A stretch of 64,000 nucleotides of DNA from Felis catus. Taxonomy: Eukaryota. The notes below the pieces were generated by a model, which did no database searches, was not told the origin of the DNA, and worked only from the letters and a program-made list of their open reading frames with translations. Positions 13,127 through 24,599 of this stretch are shown one piece after another (positions within the stretch are counted from its first letter, which is position 1; every line of letters begins with the position of its first letter). The stretch spans positions 148,802,001 through 148,866,000 of the forward strand of contig NC_058368.1 of assembly GCF_018350175.1 (NCBI RefSeq), given 5' to 3'. A program made the position numbers and the translations under genes.

Positions 13127-13439
13127 TGTAGTAGGGTCCAAGGAACGAAAAAAACAAAAACAAAAACAAAACCTCAAGGCAACCTGACTATACACATACC
13201 GCACTTGACAACATCCCTCTTGACCTTGTAACATAAGAACACTTAATCAGACTGCATGTTTGTGTGTTACCATATATGGGAGACAAAGACATAGAAAATG
13301 TATAAAAATGCTACATCATGTAGCATTTGGGACTCCGCTCTTTGGGTATGAACGCAACTGAGTAGTGCTGGAACAAATAAAGTTGCCTCCTGGAAAGAAA
13401 AGCCTCGCCGTCATGACTCTGTGTGAGAACCCTGTTACA
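13127..13439 (+). mobile_element. Solo LTR, probably ERV1 class (313 bp)
   Basis: TGTAGTAGGG...CCCTGTTACA inverted termini (8/10), TATAAAAA near 13301, AATAAA at 13376, near-TSD AGAT/TGAT. Confidence 0.75.
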
Positions 13440-13595
13440 TGATCGTTTAGAAAGCAATAAAGAAAATGATTTTTAAAAATATGAAAACCTAAAGGACCTA
13501 AACATGAGATCTGGAGCCCCAAAAGATACAAAGACAGTAACAGTTTGGGAAGAATAAAGAATCCTTAAGAAATTGTCTTCAAATGAACCTACTTA

Positions 13596-13808
13596 GAGGT
13601 GCCTGGGTGGCTCAGTCTGTTAAGTGTTTGACTTCGGCTTTGGTGATGATCTTATGGTTTGTGAGTCCAAGCCCTCCCTAGGACTCTATTTTGAAAACTC
13701 AGAGCCTAGAATCTGCTTTGGGATCCTGTGTCTCCCTCTCTCTCTGTGCCCCCTTCCCCACTCATGGTCTGTATCTGTCTCTCCAAAATGAATAAACATT
13801 GATACTTT
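13596..13808 (+). mobile_element. Can-SINE
   Basis: GGTGCCTGGGTGGCTCAG head, CT tract, AATAAA; TSD remnant CTACTTA on both sides. Confidence 0.93.
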
Positions 13809-15221
13809 TAATAATCTACTTATATGCTAAATCTGTAAATATAGTTCTTCATCAGAGAACAATGGGGCTGAATGTTCACAGGGCTTTTATTTTCATGCCT
13901 CTTTTTCAGCTGCAAACTCACAGAATAGCATAATGTACCTACCCAATGTTTAATTTTATATAGTTAGTTTGCTTAAGAATAAAGTTATCAGGGAGAGAAA
14001 TCTAGGCTCTCTAGTGTCACCTCTGAATTTCTAGTCTTGTTTCTTCTACGTCCACACTATGCTGCTCTCTCAGTTCTCCCAGGGATGTTTTACTAATTAC
14101 CCAGCAGATGCTTTTCGTGTTCTGTGTTTATGTTAACTTTTAATGAAACAAAATAACATTCAAGAAGTTAGAAGTTTTTCTCACAGTAGTAATAAATAGA
14201 TGAATATGTATCTTTCTAGTGAAATAGATATGCTTTTTCTGGGGGGAGGGGGGACATAACAGAGATCAAAATAAAATCTAGTAATCTCATGCCCCTCACA
14301 GCCATCTCTGACCATCTCTGAGCATAATCATGGATGCTTTTTGTATCAAATTACCCTAGGGTCTAAGACGCTTCCTATAGTGTCTTTCTAAACTACCTAA
14401 GATCCTTAAAACCAGAGTGAGGCCATATCCACTTTCACCACTGTGTTCCCTTCCTACCTCACCTAATTTAGACATTCATGAGACCCAAATATATTTACCA
14501 AACCCATGAATGTTTGGATGAGATGAACAAGTAAATAATAAAACAGTTGTCATCTAATTGGCTTCCATAACATGGATTGTAACTAACTTTTTTTGTGAAA
14601 TATGTATTCTTTCCATCTCTACAATATAGTGCACAATTAGCTTTTTATTTGCCATTCTGTTTTATCTATGTCTAAGGAGCTAAATCAAGCAGAAAGCTCA
14701 TCTGAAGTTAAAAAGCCTAATCCACTGAACGCATAAAATGTAACATATTTTACACTTAATGAAGACGTACAGGAATTTCCATCCTAGAGCCATGATCAAA
14801 TTACCTAATTCTCAGATGGCTATGTTTTGCCTACTTAGCTTCTCTATGCAGCAACTATTACTTTTAGTGTTTTTTGCTCCATCTTTTAACTATCTTTTAA
14901 AATTATTTTGCACTTTGATTTTTAACAATCTGGGGTGAAATGCAACAGCTATTTTTGTGGTAGAGTGGTCCCTGAATAAATGCATTTAAATTTGCAAAGT
15001 ATTTTTATTCCTTTTGAGACTTAAATTACTGCTCAGCAAATGCAGCATACTAAAAATGCCAGTGCTGTTATAAAATAACATATTGAAAAAGATTACAGAC
15101 TTGTCTAAGATTGCTGTTTTTGTTGTTATACTTGCCTCTTCTCTCTGTATTAAATGAAAAAATGTAAAGGAATTTTGTCTTTCCCCATTCCAAATTCAGA
15201 CTATTTAAGCAGGTAAAAATA

Positions 15222-15412
15222 TTTTTTTTTTTATCTTTTTAGAAAGAGAGAGAGTGCATGCAGAGGAGAGGCAGAGGGAGAGAGAAAGACTCTCAAGCAG
15301 GGTCCATGCTCAGCACAGAGCGTGATGTCGGGCTTAATCCCTTGACCCTGGGATCTTGACCTGAGCTGAAATCAAGAGTCAGATGCTTAACCAACTGAGC
15401 CGCAGGAGCCCC
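15222..15412 (-). mobile_element. Can-SINE (older, shorter subfamily)
   Basis: Reverse SINE with TSD TAAGCAGGTAAAAATA/TAAACAGGTAAAGATA. Confidence 0.92.
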
Positions 15413-15908
15413 TAAACAGGTAAAGATACTTTTATTGCCATAGCAGCCGTTATATAGAATATCAGTTCCCTTCTCAGTAGATTATTTCCATTTGGGAAAA
15501 TGACAGAAAAAGAGGTAATCTTATAATAATTAGCCCATGAATTCAAAATGGGCTGCAGTACCTTAATGGCTCATTTCAAATTCTCTACACATTTGTCATC
15601 CAAGTATTTGGTTTCAGTTGATTTCTCATTTTGAAACAGTTCCACACTAGACCTATTTTGTCTGTGATAGTCAAAATGATCTCTCCAGTCTGCTTCATCA
15701 ATTGCTCTAGCTCAAGTAGTATGCAGCTTTTATGAACAGCCCACACCCTCAAATTTTAGAGCCTAGTAAGAGAACAAAGAGTCAATATAACGTGGAAAGA
15801 AAGTATTGTATGTAGTTGTTAAGAGATGCTAGAAAAAGAAGACAGATTAGATTCCTCTGTTACAGGTGCAATGAGATTTATGTACATGCACTCCAAAGTC
15901 TCCTGATA

Positions 15909-15911
<3 letters not shown>

Positions 15912-15960
<49 letters not shown>

Positions 15961-15984
15961 TTCTCTCTCTCTCACTTTCTCTCT
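15912..15984. repeat. (CT)n microsatellite
   Basis: About 23 pure CT units followed by a degenerate extension. Confidence 0.97.
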
Positions 15985-16153
15985 GTGTGTATGTATAAAA
16001 TACAATTAACAACAACAACAAAACTTAAGATTCAACCAAAATCCTTTTCTGAGAAAATTTCTCAGCTTTATCTAATTAACTCTGCTTGTTTATTTATATA
16101 CTTTTATTTACATACTTTATATACTTATTTATATACTTTTATTTATATACTTG

Positions 16154-16362
16154 TTTTTAACGTTTATTTATTTTTGGGACAGAGAGGCACAGAGCATGAA
16201 CGGGGGAGGGGCAGAGAGAGAGAGGGAGACACAGAATCGGAAACAGGCTCCAGGCTCCGAGCCATCAGCCCAGAGCCTGACGCGGGGCTCGAACTCACGG
16301 ACCACGAGATCGTGACCTGGCTGAAGTCGGACGCTTAACCAACTGCGCCACCCAGGCGCCCC
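16154..16362 (-). mobile_element. Young SINEC_Fc
   Basis: CpG-intact body (GGGGCGCCTGGGTGGCGCAG...CTTCAGCCAGGTCACGATC); TSD TATTTATATACTT. Confidence 0.97.
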
Positions 16363-16692
16363 TATTTATATACTTTTATATATACACTTGTTTATTTATA
16401 TACTTTATATTTATGTTTCCTAGTTTGTTATAGATTCTATAAGAAAAGAGAACGGGTGTTTTCCATTTCTATTCTGGGCCATCATTAGTGGTCAGTTATA
16501 CTGAAGGACTAGAGTGTAATGCTTTTCCAGTTTTATTTATTGGAAAAAAGTGATTATTGATGTGCATTGAAAAATAAGAGCAATGTGAACTATCACTATA
16601 GATATTTATCAATTAAGATCAAAATTACTAATATCAATGTATTTTTAATGAAAATTACATGTTTGTGATTTCAGTTAGGAAATACAATCACT

Positions 16693-16883
16693 GGGGCACC
16701 TGGGTGGCCTCCAACTTTTGCTCAGGTCATGATCTCATGGTTTGTGAGTTTTGAGTCCTACATCAGGCTCTGTGCTGACAGCTCAGAGCCTGGAGCCTGC
16801 TTCGGATTCTATGTTTCTCTCTCTGCCCCTCCCCAGCTCGTGCTCACTCTCTTGCTCTCTCTCAAAAATAAACATTAAAAAAA
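16693..16883 (+). mobile_element. Can-SINE with a short deletion in its head
   Basis: Lacks the CAGTCGGTTAAGCG-like segment; TSD AGGAAATACAATCA/AGGAAATGCAATCA. Confidence 0.93.
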
Positions 16884-17078
16884 GGAAATGCAATCATAAG
16901 ATGGTAGATATTCAAGAATAAAATAATAAAAATTCACTGTTCTTTATATGTCATCTAAAATTTTATACTTATTTTAGTAAGTGGCACAAATGGCACAGAA
17001 TGCTGAATTTGATCTTTATATATAATTAACTAATTCATTTGAAAATTTAATTAATAACCAAGAAATTAAAATATAATT

Positions 17079-17296
17079 GGAGTGCCTGGATGGCTCAGTC
17101 AGTTAAGCATGTGACTCTTGATTTCGGCTCAGGTCATGATCTCGAGGTTTGTGAGATTCAAGCCCCGCATCACACTACTTACTGACAGCTAGGAGCTTGC
17201 TTAGGATTCTTTCTCTCTCCCTCTCTATCTGCTCCTCCTCCACTTGTGCTCTCTCCCTATCTCTCTCTCTCAAAATAAATAAACTTAAAAACATGC
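17079..17296 (+). mobile_element. Can-SINE
   Basis: GGAGTGCCTGGATGGCTCAG head; TSD remnant TTAAAATATA. Confidence 0.93.
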
Positions 17297-17590
17297 TTAA
17301 AATATAGTCATAGCTATATGGAACAACAACTCACATACTTACATTTTCACTTACTGTTTCTTCCAATAAAGCCTTTTGTCTTTTGAGAGTTAAGCACTCT
17401 AAATCTGGGCATCTTCCAAGTGCCTATCCTGGAGGAATTCTTTTTCGTGTGTTTCTTTTAATCTCTTAATCCCTTAATAAGACTAGTGAATTTATGTTCT
17501 ACATATAAATTCTCTTCTCCCTAAATATTCTACAGAATCACTACCTTTTTCATAAGCACTTCTTCATTTATTGACTGGTTGAAAATAATG

Positions 17591-17804
17591 TTTTTTTTAA
17601 TGTTTATTTATTTTTGAGAGAGACAGAGACAGAATGTGAGTGGGTTAGTGGCAGAGAGAGAGGGAGACACAGAATCTGAAGCAGGCTCTAGGCTCTGAGC
17701 TGTCAGTACAGAGCCCAATGTAGGACTCAAACTCACGAGCCATGAGATGATGACCTCACAAGCCAAAGTCAGATGCTCAACTGACTGAGCCACCCAGGAG
17801 CCCC
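17591..17804 (-). mobile_element. Can-SINE
   Basis: Reverse SINE; TSD AAAATAATGTTTT. Confidence 0.95.
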
Positions 17805-18239
17805 TAAAATAATGTTTTAGTATTTTCTTGGACTCTTCTTAATACCCCCCACACACAATTTTGTTTTTCTACTTTTTTATGAAACATTTTTTAGTCAACC
17901 TCTTTTTGCGGCACTATCCTATTAGAATTTCTCCAAACTGTACCATAACCACTCCTAAAGACTTTAGTCTTAGCTCTCTTCAAATAACATTTCACTTCCT
18001 GTGGGCTAGTTTAGCCTAATCAAGTATAAAACCTTGATTTTTGTCTCATACTATACTACATATCCAGTGCTGCCTATCAGGAACTTTGCTCAGCTTGGTC
18101 ACCCAGAAGCTCAGTGAGAGAAAGTTCAATCCCCACATACCACCATCATCACAGCAACCACTGGGGTCATGAATTACACACTGGCTTTTACAGTTTTACA
18201 AACTGAAGGATTTTGATGCTACTCGAGTTTAATCAACAA

Positions 18240-18480
18240 AACATAGGTAATACCAAAACTTACTACTATGTTTTAGCCTGTGTTCTAAGTTATTATCATT
18301 CTGTAATTTAGAGATCACACCAAATTTATACAATAAGTAGTGGTATTATTTCCGTCTCACATTTAAGGGGTCACTCAGGCGAACAGGTTAAGTCATTAAC
18401 TGGACAAAGTTCAGAATGGCAGATTCAGAATGGAGCCCACTTTGATGCAAAAGCCATTGTGTTGAATTTACACTACACTA
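18240..18480 (-). mobile_element. MIR SINE remnant
   Basis: GGTATTATTTCCGTCTCACA...CTCAGG...GGTTAAGTCA, a degraded MIR core. Confidence 0.55.
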
Positions 18481-18877
18481 GGAAAAATAATATTCATTGT
18501 TTTTCATTTTTAATATGCTGCTAATCTCAAAACTAAGTGTGTTTCCAACTGCATCTTTGTTCAGAGAGGCAGAGAGAGTCTAAATTTGAGAGAACTTCTT
18601 TTAATTTTTTAAAATTTATTTTTTTATTTTTTAACTCTATTTTTTATTTTTTAAAATTTCCATCCAAATTAGCCAGCATATAGTGAAGCAATGATTTCAG
18701 GAGTAGATTCCTTAATGCTTCTTACCCATTTAGCCCATCCCTCCTCCCACAACCCCTCCAGCAACGCTCAGTTTGTTCTCCATATTTATGAGTCTCTTCT
18801 GTTTTGTCTCCCTCCCTGTTTTTATATTATTTTTGTTTCCCTTCTCTTGTGTTCATGTGTTTTGTCTCTTAAAGACC

Positions 18878-21800
18878 TCATATGAGTGAAGTCATATGAT
18901 TTTTGTCTTTCTCTGAGTGATTAATTTCACTTAGCATAATACCCTCCAGTTCCATCCACGTAGTTGCAAATGGCAAGATTTCATTCTTTTTGATTGCCGA
19001 GTAATACTCCATTGTACTCCATACATACATTGTATGTATCTTCTTTTAGCCATTCATCCATCAATGGACATTTAGGCTATTTCCATACTTTGGCTATTGT
19101 TAGTAGTGCTGCCATAAACATTGGGGGGCATATGTCCTTTTGAAACAGCACACCTGTATCCCGTGGGTAAATGCCTAGTAGTGCAATTGCTGGGTCGTAG
19201 GGTAGTTCTATTTTTAGTTTTCTAAGGAACCTCCATACTGTTTTCCAGAGTAACTGTACCAGCTTGCATTCCCACCAACAATGCAAAAGAGATCCTCTCC
19301 ACATCCTTGCCAACATCTGTTTTTGCATGAGTTGTTAATGTTAGCCATTCTGACAGGTACAAAGTGATATCTCATTGTGGTTTTGATTTGTATTTCCCTG
19401 ATGATGAGTGATGTGGAGCATTTTTTCATGTGTCAGCTGGCCACCAGGATGTCTTCCTGGAGAAGTGTCTATTCATGTCTTTTGCCCATTTCTTCACTGG
19501 ATTATTTGTTTTTTGGGTGTTGAGTTTAATAGGTTCTTCATAGATTTTGGATACTAATCCTTTATCTGATATGTCGTTTGCAAGTATCTTCTCCCATTCT
19601 GTTGGTTGCCTTTTAGTTTTGCTGATTGTTTCCTTTCCTGTGCAGAAGCGTTTTATTTTGATGAGGTCCCAGTAGCTCATTTTTGCTTTTGTTTCCCTTG
19701 CCTCCAGAGAAGTGTTGAGTAAGAGAAGTGTTGATCTTGCTGCGGGCAAGATCAAAGAAGTTTTGCCTGCTTTCTCCTCAAGGATTTTGATGGCTTCCTG
19801 TCTTACATTGAGGTCTTTCATCCATTTTGAGTTTATTTTTGTGTATGGTGTGAGAAAGTGATCCAGGTTCATTCTTCTGCATGTCACTGTCTAGTTTTCC
19901 CAGCTCCACTTGCTGAAGAGACTGTCTTTATTCCATTGGATGTTCTTTCCTGCTCTGTCAAAGATTAGTTGGCTATACGTTTGTGGGTCCATTTCTGGGT
20001 TCTCTATTCTGTTCCATTGATCTGAGTGTCTGTTCTTGTGCCAGTACCATACTGTCTTGATGATTAGAGCTTTGTAGTATAGCTAGAAGTCTGGGACCAT
20101 GATGCCTCCTGCTTTGGTATTCTTTTGCAAGGTTGCTTTGGCTATTCAGGGTCTTTTCTGGTTCCATACAACATACATAGATTATTTGTTCTAACTCTGT
20201 GAAGAATGCTGGTGTTATTTTCATAGGGATTGAGTTGAATATGTAGATTGCTTTGGGTAGTATTGACATTTTAACAATATTTTTCTTCCTATCCAGGAGC
20301 ATGGAATCTTTTTCCATTTCTTTGTGTCTTCTTCAATTTCTTTCATAAGCTTTCTATAGCTTTCAGTGTATAAATTTTTCACCTCTTTGTTTAGATTTAT
20401 TCCTAGGTGTTTTATGGTTTTTGGTGCAACTGTAAATGGGATCAATTCCTTGATTTCTCTGTCACTTTATTGTTGGTGTATAGGAATGCAACTGATTTCT
20501 GTGCATTGATTTTATATCTTGCAACTTTGCCAAATTCATGAATCAGTTCTAGCAGTTTTTTGGTGGAATCTTTAGGGTTTTCCATATAGAGTATCATGTC
20601 ATCTGTGAAGAGTGAAAGTTTGACCTCCTCCTGGCTGATTTGGACGCCTTGTATTTCTTTGTGTTGTCTGATTGCAGAGGCTAAGAATTCCAATACTACT
20701 TTGAATAACAGTGGTGAGAGTGGACATCCCTGAAGACAGGGATGTCCTGACCTTAAGGGGAAAGCTCTCATTTTTCCCCATTGAGGATGATATTAGCGTT
20801 GCTCGTTCATATATGGTTTTTATGATCTTGAGGTATGATCCTTCTATCCCTACTTTCTTGAGGGTTTTTATCAAGAAAGTTTGCTGTATTTTGTCAAATG
20901 CTTTCTCTGCATCTACTGATAGGGTCGTATGGTTCTTGTCCTTTCTTTTATTGATGTGATGAATCACGTTAGTTGTTTTCCAGATATTGAACCAGCCCTG
21001 CATCCAGGTATAAATCCCACTTGGTCGTGGTGAATAATTATTTTAATGTATTGTTGGATCCAGTTGGCTAATATCTTGTTGAGGAGTTTTGCATCCATGT
21101 TCATCAGGGAAATTGGTCCATAGTTCTCCTTTTTAGTGGGGTCTCTGTCTGGTTTTGGAATTAAGGTAATGTTGGCCTCATAGAGTTTGTAAGTTTTCCT
21201 TCCATTTCTATGTTTGGGAAGAGCTTCAAGAGAATAGGTGTTAACTCTTCCCTAAATGTTTGGTAGAATTCCCCTGGAAAGCCATCTGGTCCTGGACTCT
21301 TGTTTTTTGGCAGATTTTTTATTACTAATTTGATTTCCTTACTGGTTATGGGTCTGTTCAAATTTTCTATTTCTTCCTGTTTCAGTTTTGGTAGTGTATA
21401 TGTTTCTAGGAATTTGTCCAATTTGTCCAGATTGCCCATTTTATTGGCATATAATTGCTCATAATATTCTCTTATTATTGTTTTTATTTCTGTTGTTTTG
21501 GTTGTGATCTCTCCTCTCTCATTCTTGATTTTACTTATTTGGGTCCTTTCCTTTTTCTTCTTGATCAAACTGGCTAGTGGTTTATCAGTTTTGTTAATTG
21601 TTTCAAATAATTTTGCTTTCATTGATCTTTTCTACTGTTTTTTTTTTATTTCATAGCATTAATTTCTGCTCTAATCCTTATTATTTCCTGTCTTCTGCTG
21701 GTTTTGGGTTTTATTTGCTGTTCTTTTTCAGATCCTTAAGGCATAAGGTTAGGTTGTGTATTGAGATCTTTCTTCCTTCTTCAGGAAGGCCTGGATTCCT

Positions 21801-22696
21801 ATATCCTTTCCTCTTATGGCTGCCATTGCTGTGTCCCAGAGGTGTTGGGTTGTGGTGCTATCATTTTCATTGACTTCCATATACTTTTTAATTTCCTCAT
21901 TAACTTCTTGGTTAGCCCATTCATTGTTTAGTAGGATGTTCTTCAGTCTCCATGTATTTGTTACCTTTCCATATTTTTTCTTGAGGTTGATTTTGAGTTT
22001 CATAGCATTGTGGTCTGAAAATATACATCGTATGATCTTGATCTTTTTGTACTTACTTAGGGCTGATTTGTGTCCCAGTGTATGGTCTATTCTGGAGAAT
22101 GTTCCATGTGCACTGGAGAAGAATGTATATTCCACTGCTTTAGGATGAAATGTTCTGAATATATCTGTTAAGTCCATCTGGTCCAGTGTGTCATTCAAAG
22201 CCATTGTTTCCTTATTGATTTTTTGATTAGATGATCTGTCCATTGTTGTGAGTGGGGTGTTGAAGTCTCCTACTACTATGGTATTATGATCAGTGAGTTT
22301 CTTTATGTTTGTGATTAATTGATTTATATATTTGGGTTCTTTCACATTTGGCGCATAAATGTTTACAATTGTTAGGTCTTCTTGGTCTATAGACCCCTTG
22401 ATTATAATATAATGCCCTTCTGCATCTCCTGATACAGTCTTTATTTTAAAGTCTAGATTGTCTGATATAAGTATGGCTACTCGAGCTGTCTTTTGTTGAC
22501 CATTAGCATGATAGATGGTTCTCCATCTCCTTATTTTCAATCCGTAGGTGTCTTTAGGTCTAAAGTGGGTCTCTTGTAAAAAGCATATAGATGGATCTTG
22601 TTTTCTTATCCATTCTGTTACCCTATGTCTTTTGATTGGAGCATTGAGTCCACTGACGGTTAGAGTGAGTACTGAAAGATATGAATTTATTGCCAT
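18878..22696 (-). pseudogene. L1 ORF2 (APE endonuclease, reverse transcriptase, Cys domain), multiply frameshifted
   Basis: EN: MAINSYLSVLTL...LQETH...GDFNTPL...SRIDH...[23 protein letters not shown]-terminus: LLHCWWEC. Span about 3.82 kb. Confidence 0.95.
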
Positions 22697-22793
22697 AATT
22701 TATTGCTTGTAGTGTTGGAGTTTCTGGTGGTGTTCTCTGGTCCTTTCTAATCTTTTGTTGCTTTTGGTATATATATTTTCATCTTTTCTCCCC

Positions 22794-23667
22794 TCAGAGA
22801 GTTCCCCTTAAAATTTCTTGCAGGGCTGGTTTAGTGGTCACAAACTCCTTTAATTTTTGTCTGGGAAACTTTTTCCCTCTCCTTCTATTTTGAATGACAG
22901 CCTTGCTGGATAAAGAATTCTTGGCTGCATATTTTTCTGATTCAGCACACTGAATATATCCTGCCACTCCTTTCTGGTCTGCCAAGTTTCTGTGGATAGG
23001 CCTGCTGCAATCCTGATCTGTCTTCCCTTGGAGGTTAGGGACTTTTTTCCCTTGCTGCTTTCATGATTCTCTCCTTGCCTGAGTATTTTGTGAATTTGAC
23101 TATGATATGCCTTGTTGACGGTTGGTTTTTGTTGACTCTAATGGGAGTCCTCTGTGCTTCCTGGATTTTGATGTCTGTGTCTTTCCCCAGGTTAGGAAAG
23201 TTTTCTGCTATGGTTTGTTCACATAACCCTTCTACCCCTATTTCTCTCTCTTCCTCCTCTGGGACCCCTATGATTCTGATGTTGTTCCTTTTTTTTGAGT
23301 CACTGATTTCTGTAATTCTTAAATCGTGCTCTTTTGCCTTAATCTCTCTTTTGTTCTGCTTTGTTATTCTCTATAAGTTTTTCCTCTATATCGCTGATTC
23401 TGTTCTGCCTCGTCCATCCTTGCCGCCACTGCATCCATCCGTGATTGCAGCTCAGTTATAGCATTTTTAATTTCTTTCTGGTTATTTTTCACTTCTTTTA
23501 TCTTTGAAGAAAGGGATTCTAATCTATTTTTGACTCCAGCTAGTATTCTTATTATTGTGATTCTAAATTCTGGTTCAGACATCTTGCTTGTATCTATGTT
23601 GGTTAAATCCCTGGCTATCGTTTCTTTGTGCTGTTTTCTTTTGGGGTGAATTCCTTCGTTTTGTCAT
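22794..23667 (-). pseudogene. L1 ORF1 (RNA-binding protein), frameshifted
   Basis: ATG at 23667 (MTKRRNSPQK...); fragments MSEPEFRITIIRILAG and KLKEFVTTKPALQEILRGTL*. Confidence 0.92.
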
Positions 23668-23877
23668 TTTGAAGGGAGAAAAGGAATTCATGAGGTAGAA
23701 AAATTGAAATTAAAAAAAATTAAAGTTAAAAAAATGTTAAAATTAAAAATTAAAGACACACACACACACACACAAATCAAATAGATGATGCTAGCTCCTA
23801 GGTGTGTTTTGGTCTGTGTGTTGAAAGTGTTTTGACAGATTAGAGAAACGAGAAAAAAAGGCGGAGGAGAAAAAAGA

Positions 23878-24560
23878 AGGAAATCGTTTGAGAATTTGAA
23901 AAAATGAACACACTAAAGTAAACTAAAATGAGATGATGTGGGTAAAATAGAATTTGAAAAAAATATACACAAAAGTAGAAAATATAGTAGAAAAAATTAA
24001 AGAAAAATATTTTTAATAAAAATTAAAAATGATTTTTTTCGTTTTCTGTATTTAAGAAAAAAGTAATGAATGAAAAAGAGAAAAAAGATAAAAAAGGAAA
24101 AAGAAAAGAAAAGAAAGAAGAAATCATTTGAAAATTTGAAAAAGTGAATAACTATAATAGACTGAAATTAAATGATGGGAGGTAGATAGAATTTGAAAAA
24201 AAAATTACATAAAAGCAAAAAATATAGTAATAAAAATTAAGTAAAAATATTTTTAAAAGAAATTGAAAGTAAAAATGAAGTTTTTCTCTTTCTGCATTCA
24301 AGAAAAAAAAATGAAAAAGAAAAAAAGAAAAAGAAACAAAGGAAATTGTTTGAAAATTTGAAAAGGTGAGTACACTGAAGTAGACTAAAATAAAAGAATG
24401 GAAGTAAAGTACAATTTTAAAAATTTACACAAAAGTAAAAAATATAGTAATAAAAATTAAAGACATATTTTCAATAAAAATTAAAAATAAAAATGAGTTT
24501 TTTCTCTTTCCGTATTCAAGAAAAGAAAAAAATTGTTAAAGAGAAAAAGGAAAAAGAGAA
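23878..24560. repeat. Three diverged ~220-240-bp tandem units in the L1 5'UTR
   Basis: Units starting GAAAT(C/T)(G/A)TTTGA(G/A)AATTTGAAAA at about 23880, 24120 and 24342. Confidence 0.9.
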
Positions 24561-24599
24561 AAAAAGAAAAAGAATAGATGAACCTGCTAACAGATTGAA

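Noticed and set aside
15985..16338. ORFs containing GQRETEHERGRG or MAQSV... peptides (also at 38198, 45132, 45204 and elsewhere)
   Set aside because: Translations of Can-SINE sequence. The SINE heads are tRNA-derived but are not tRNA genes.
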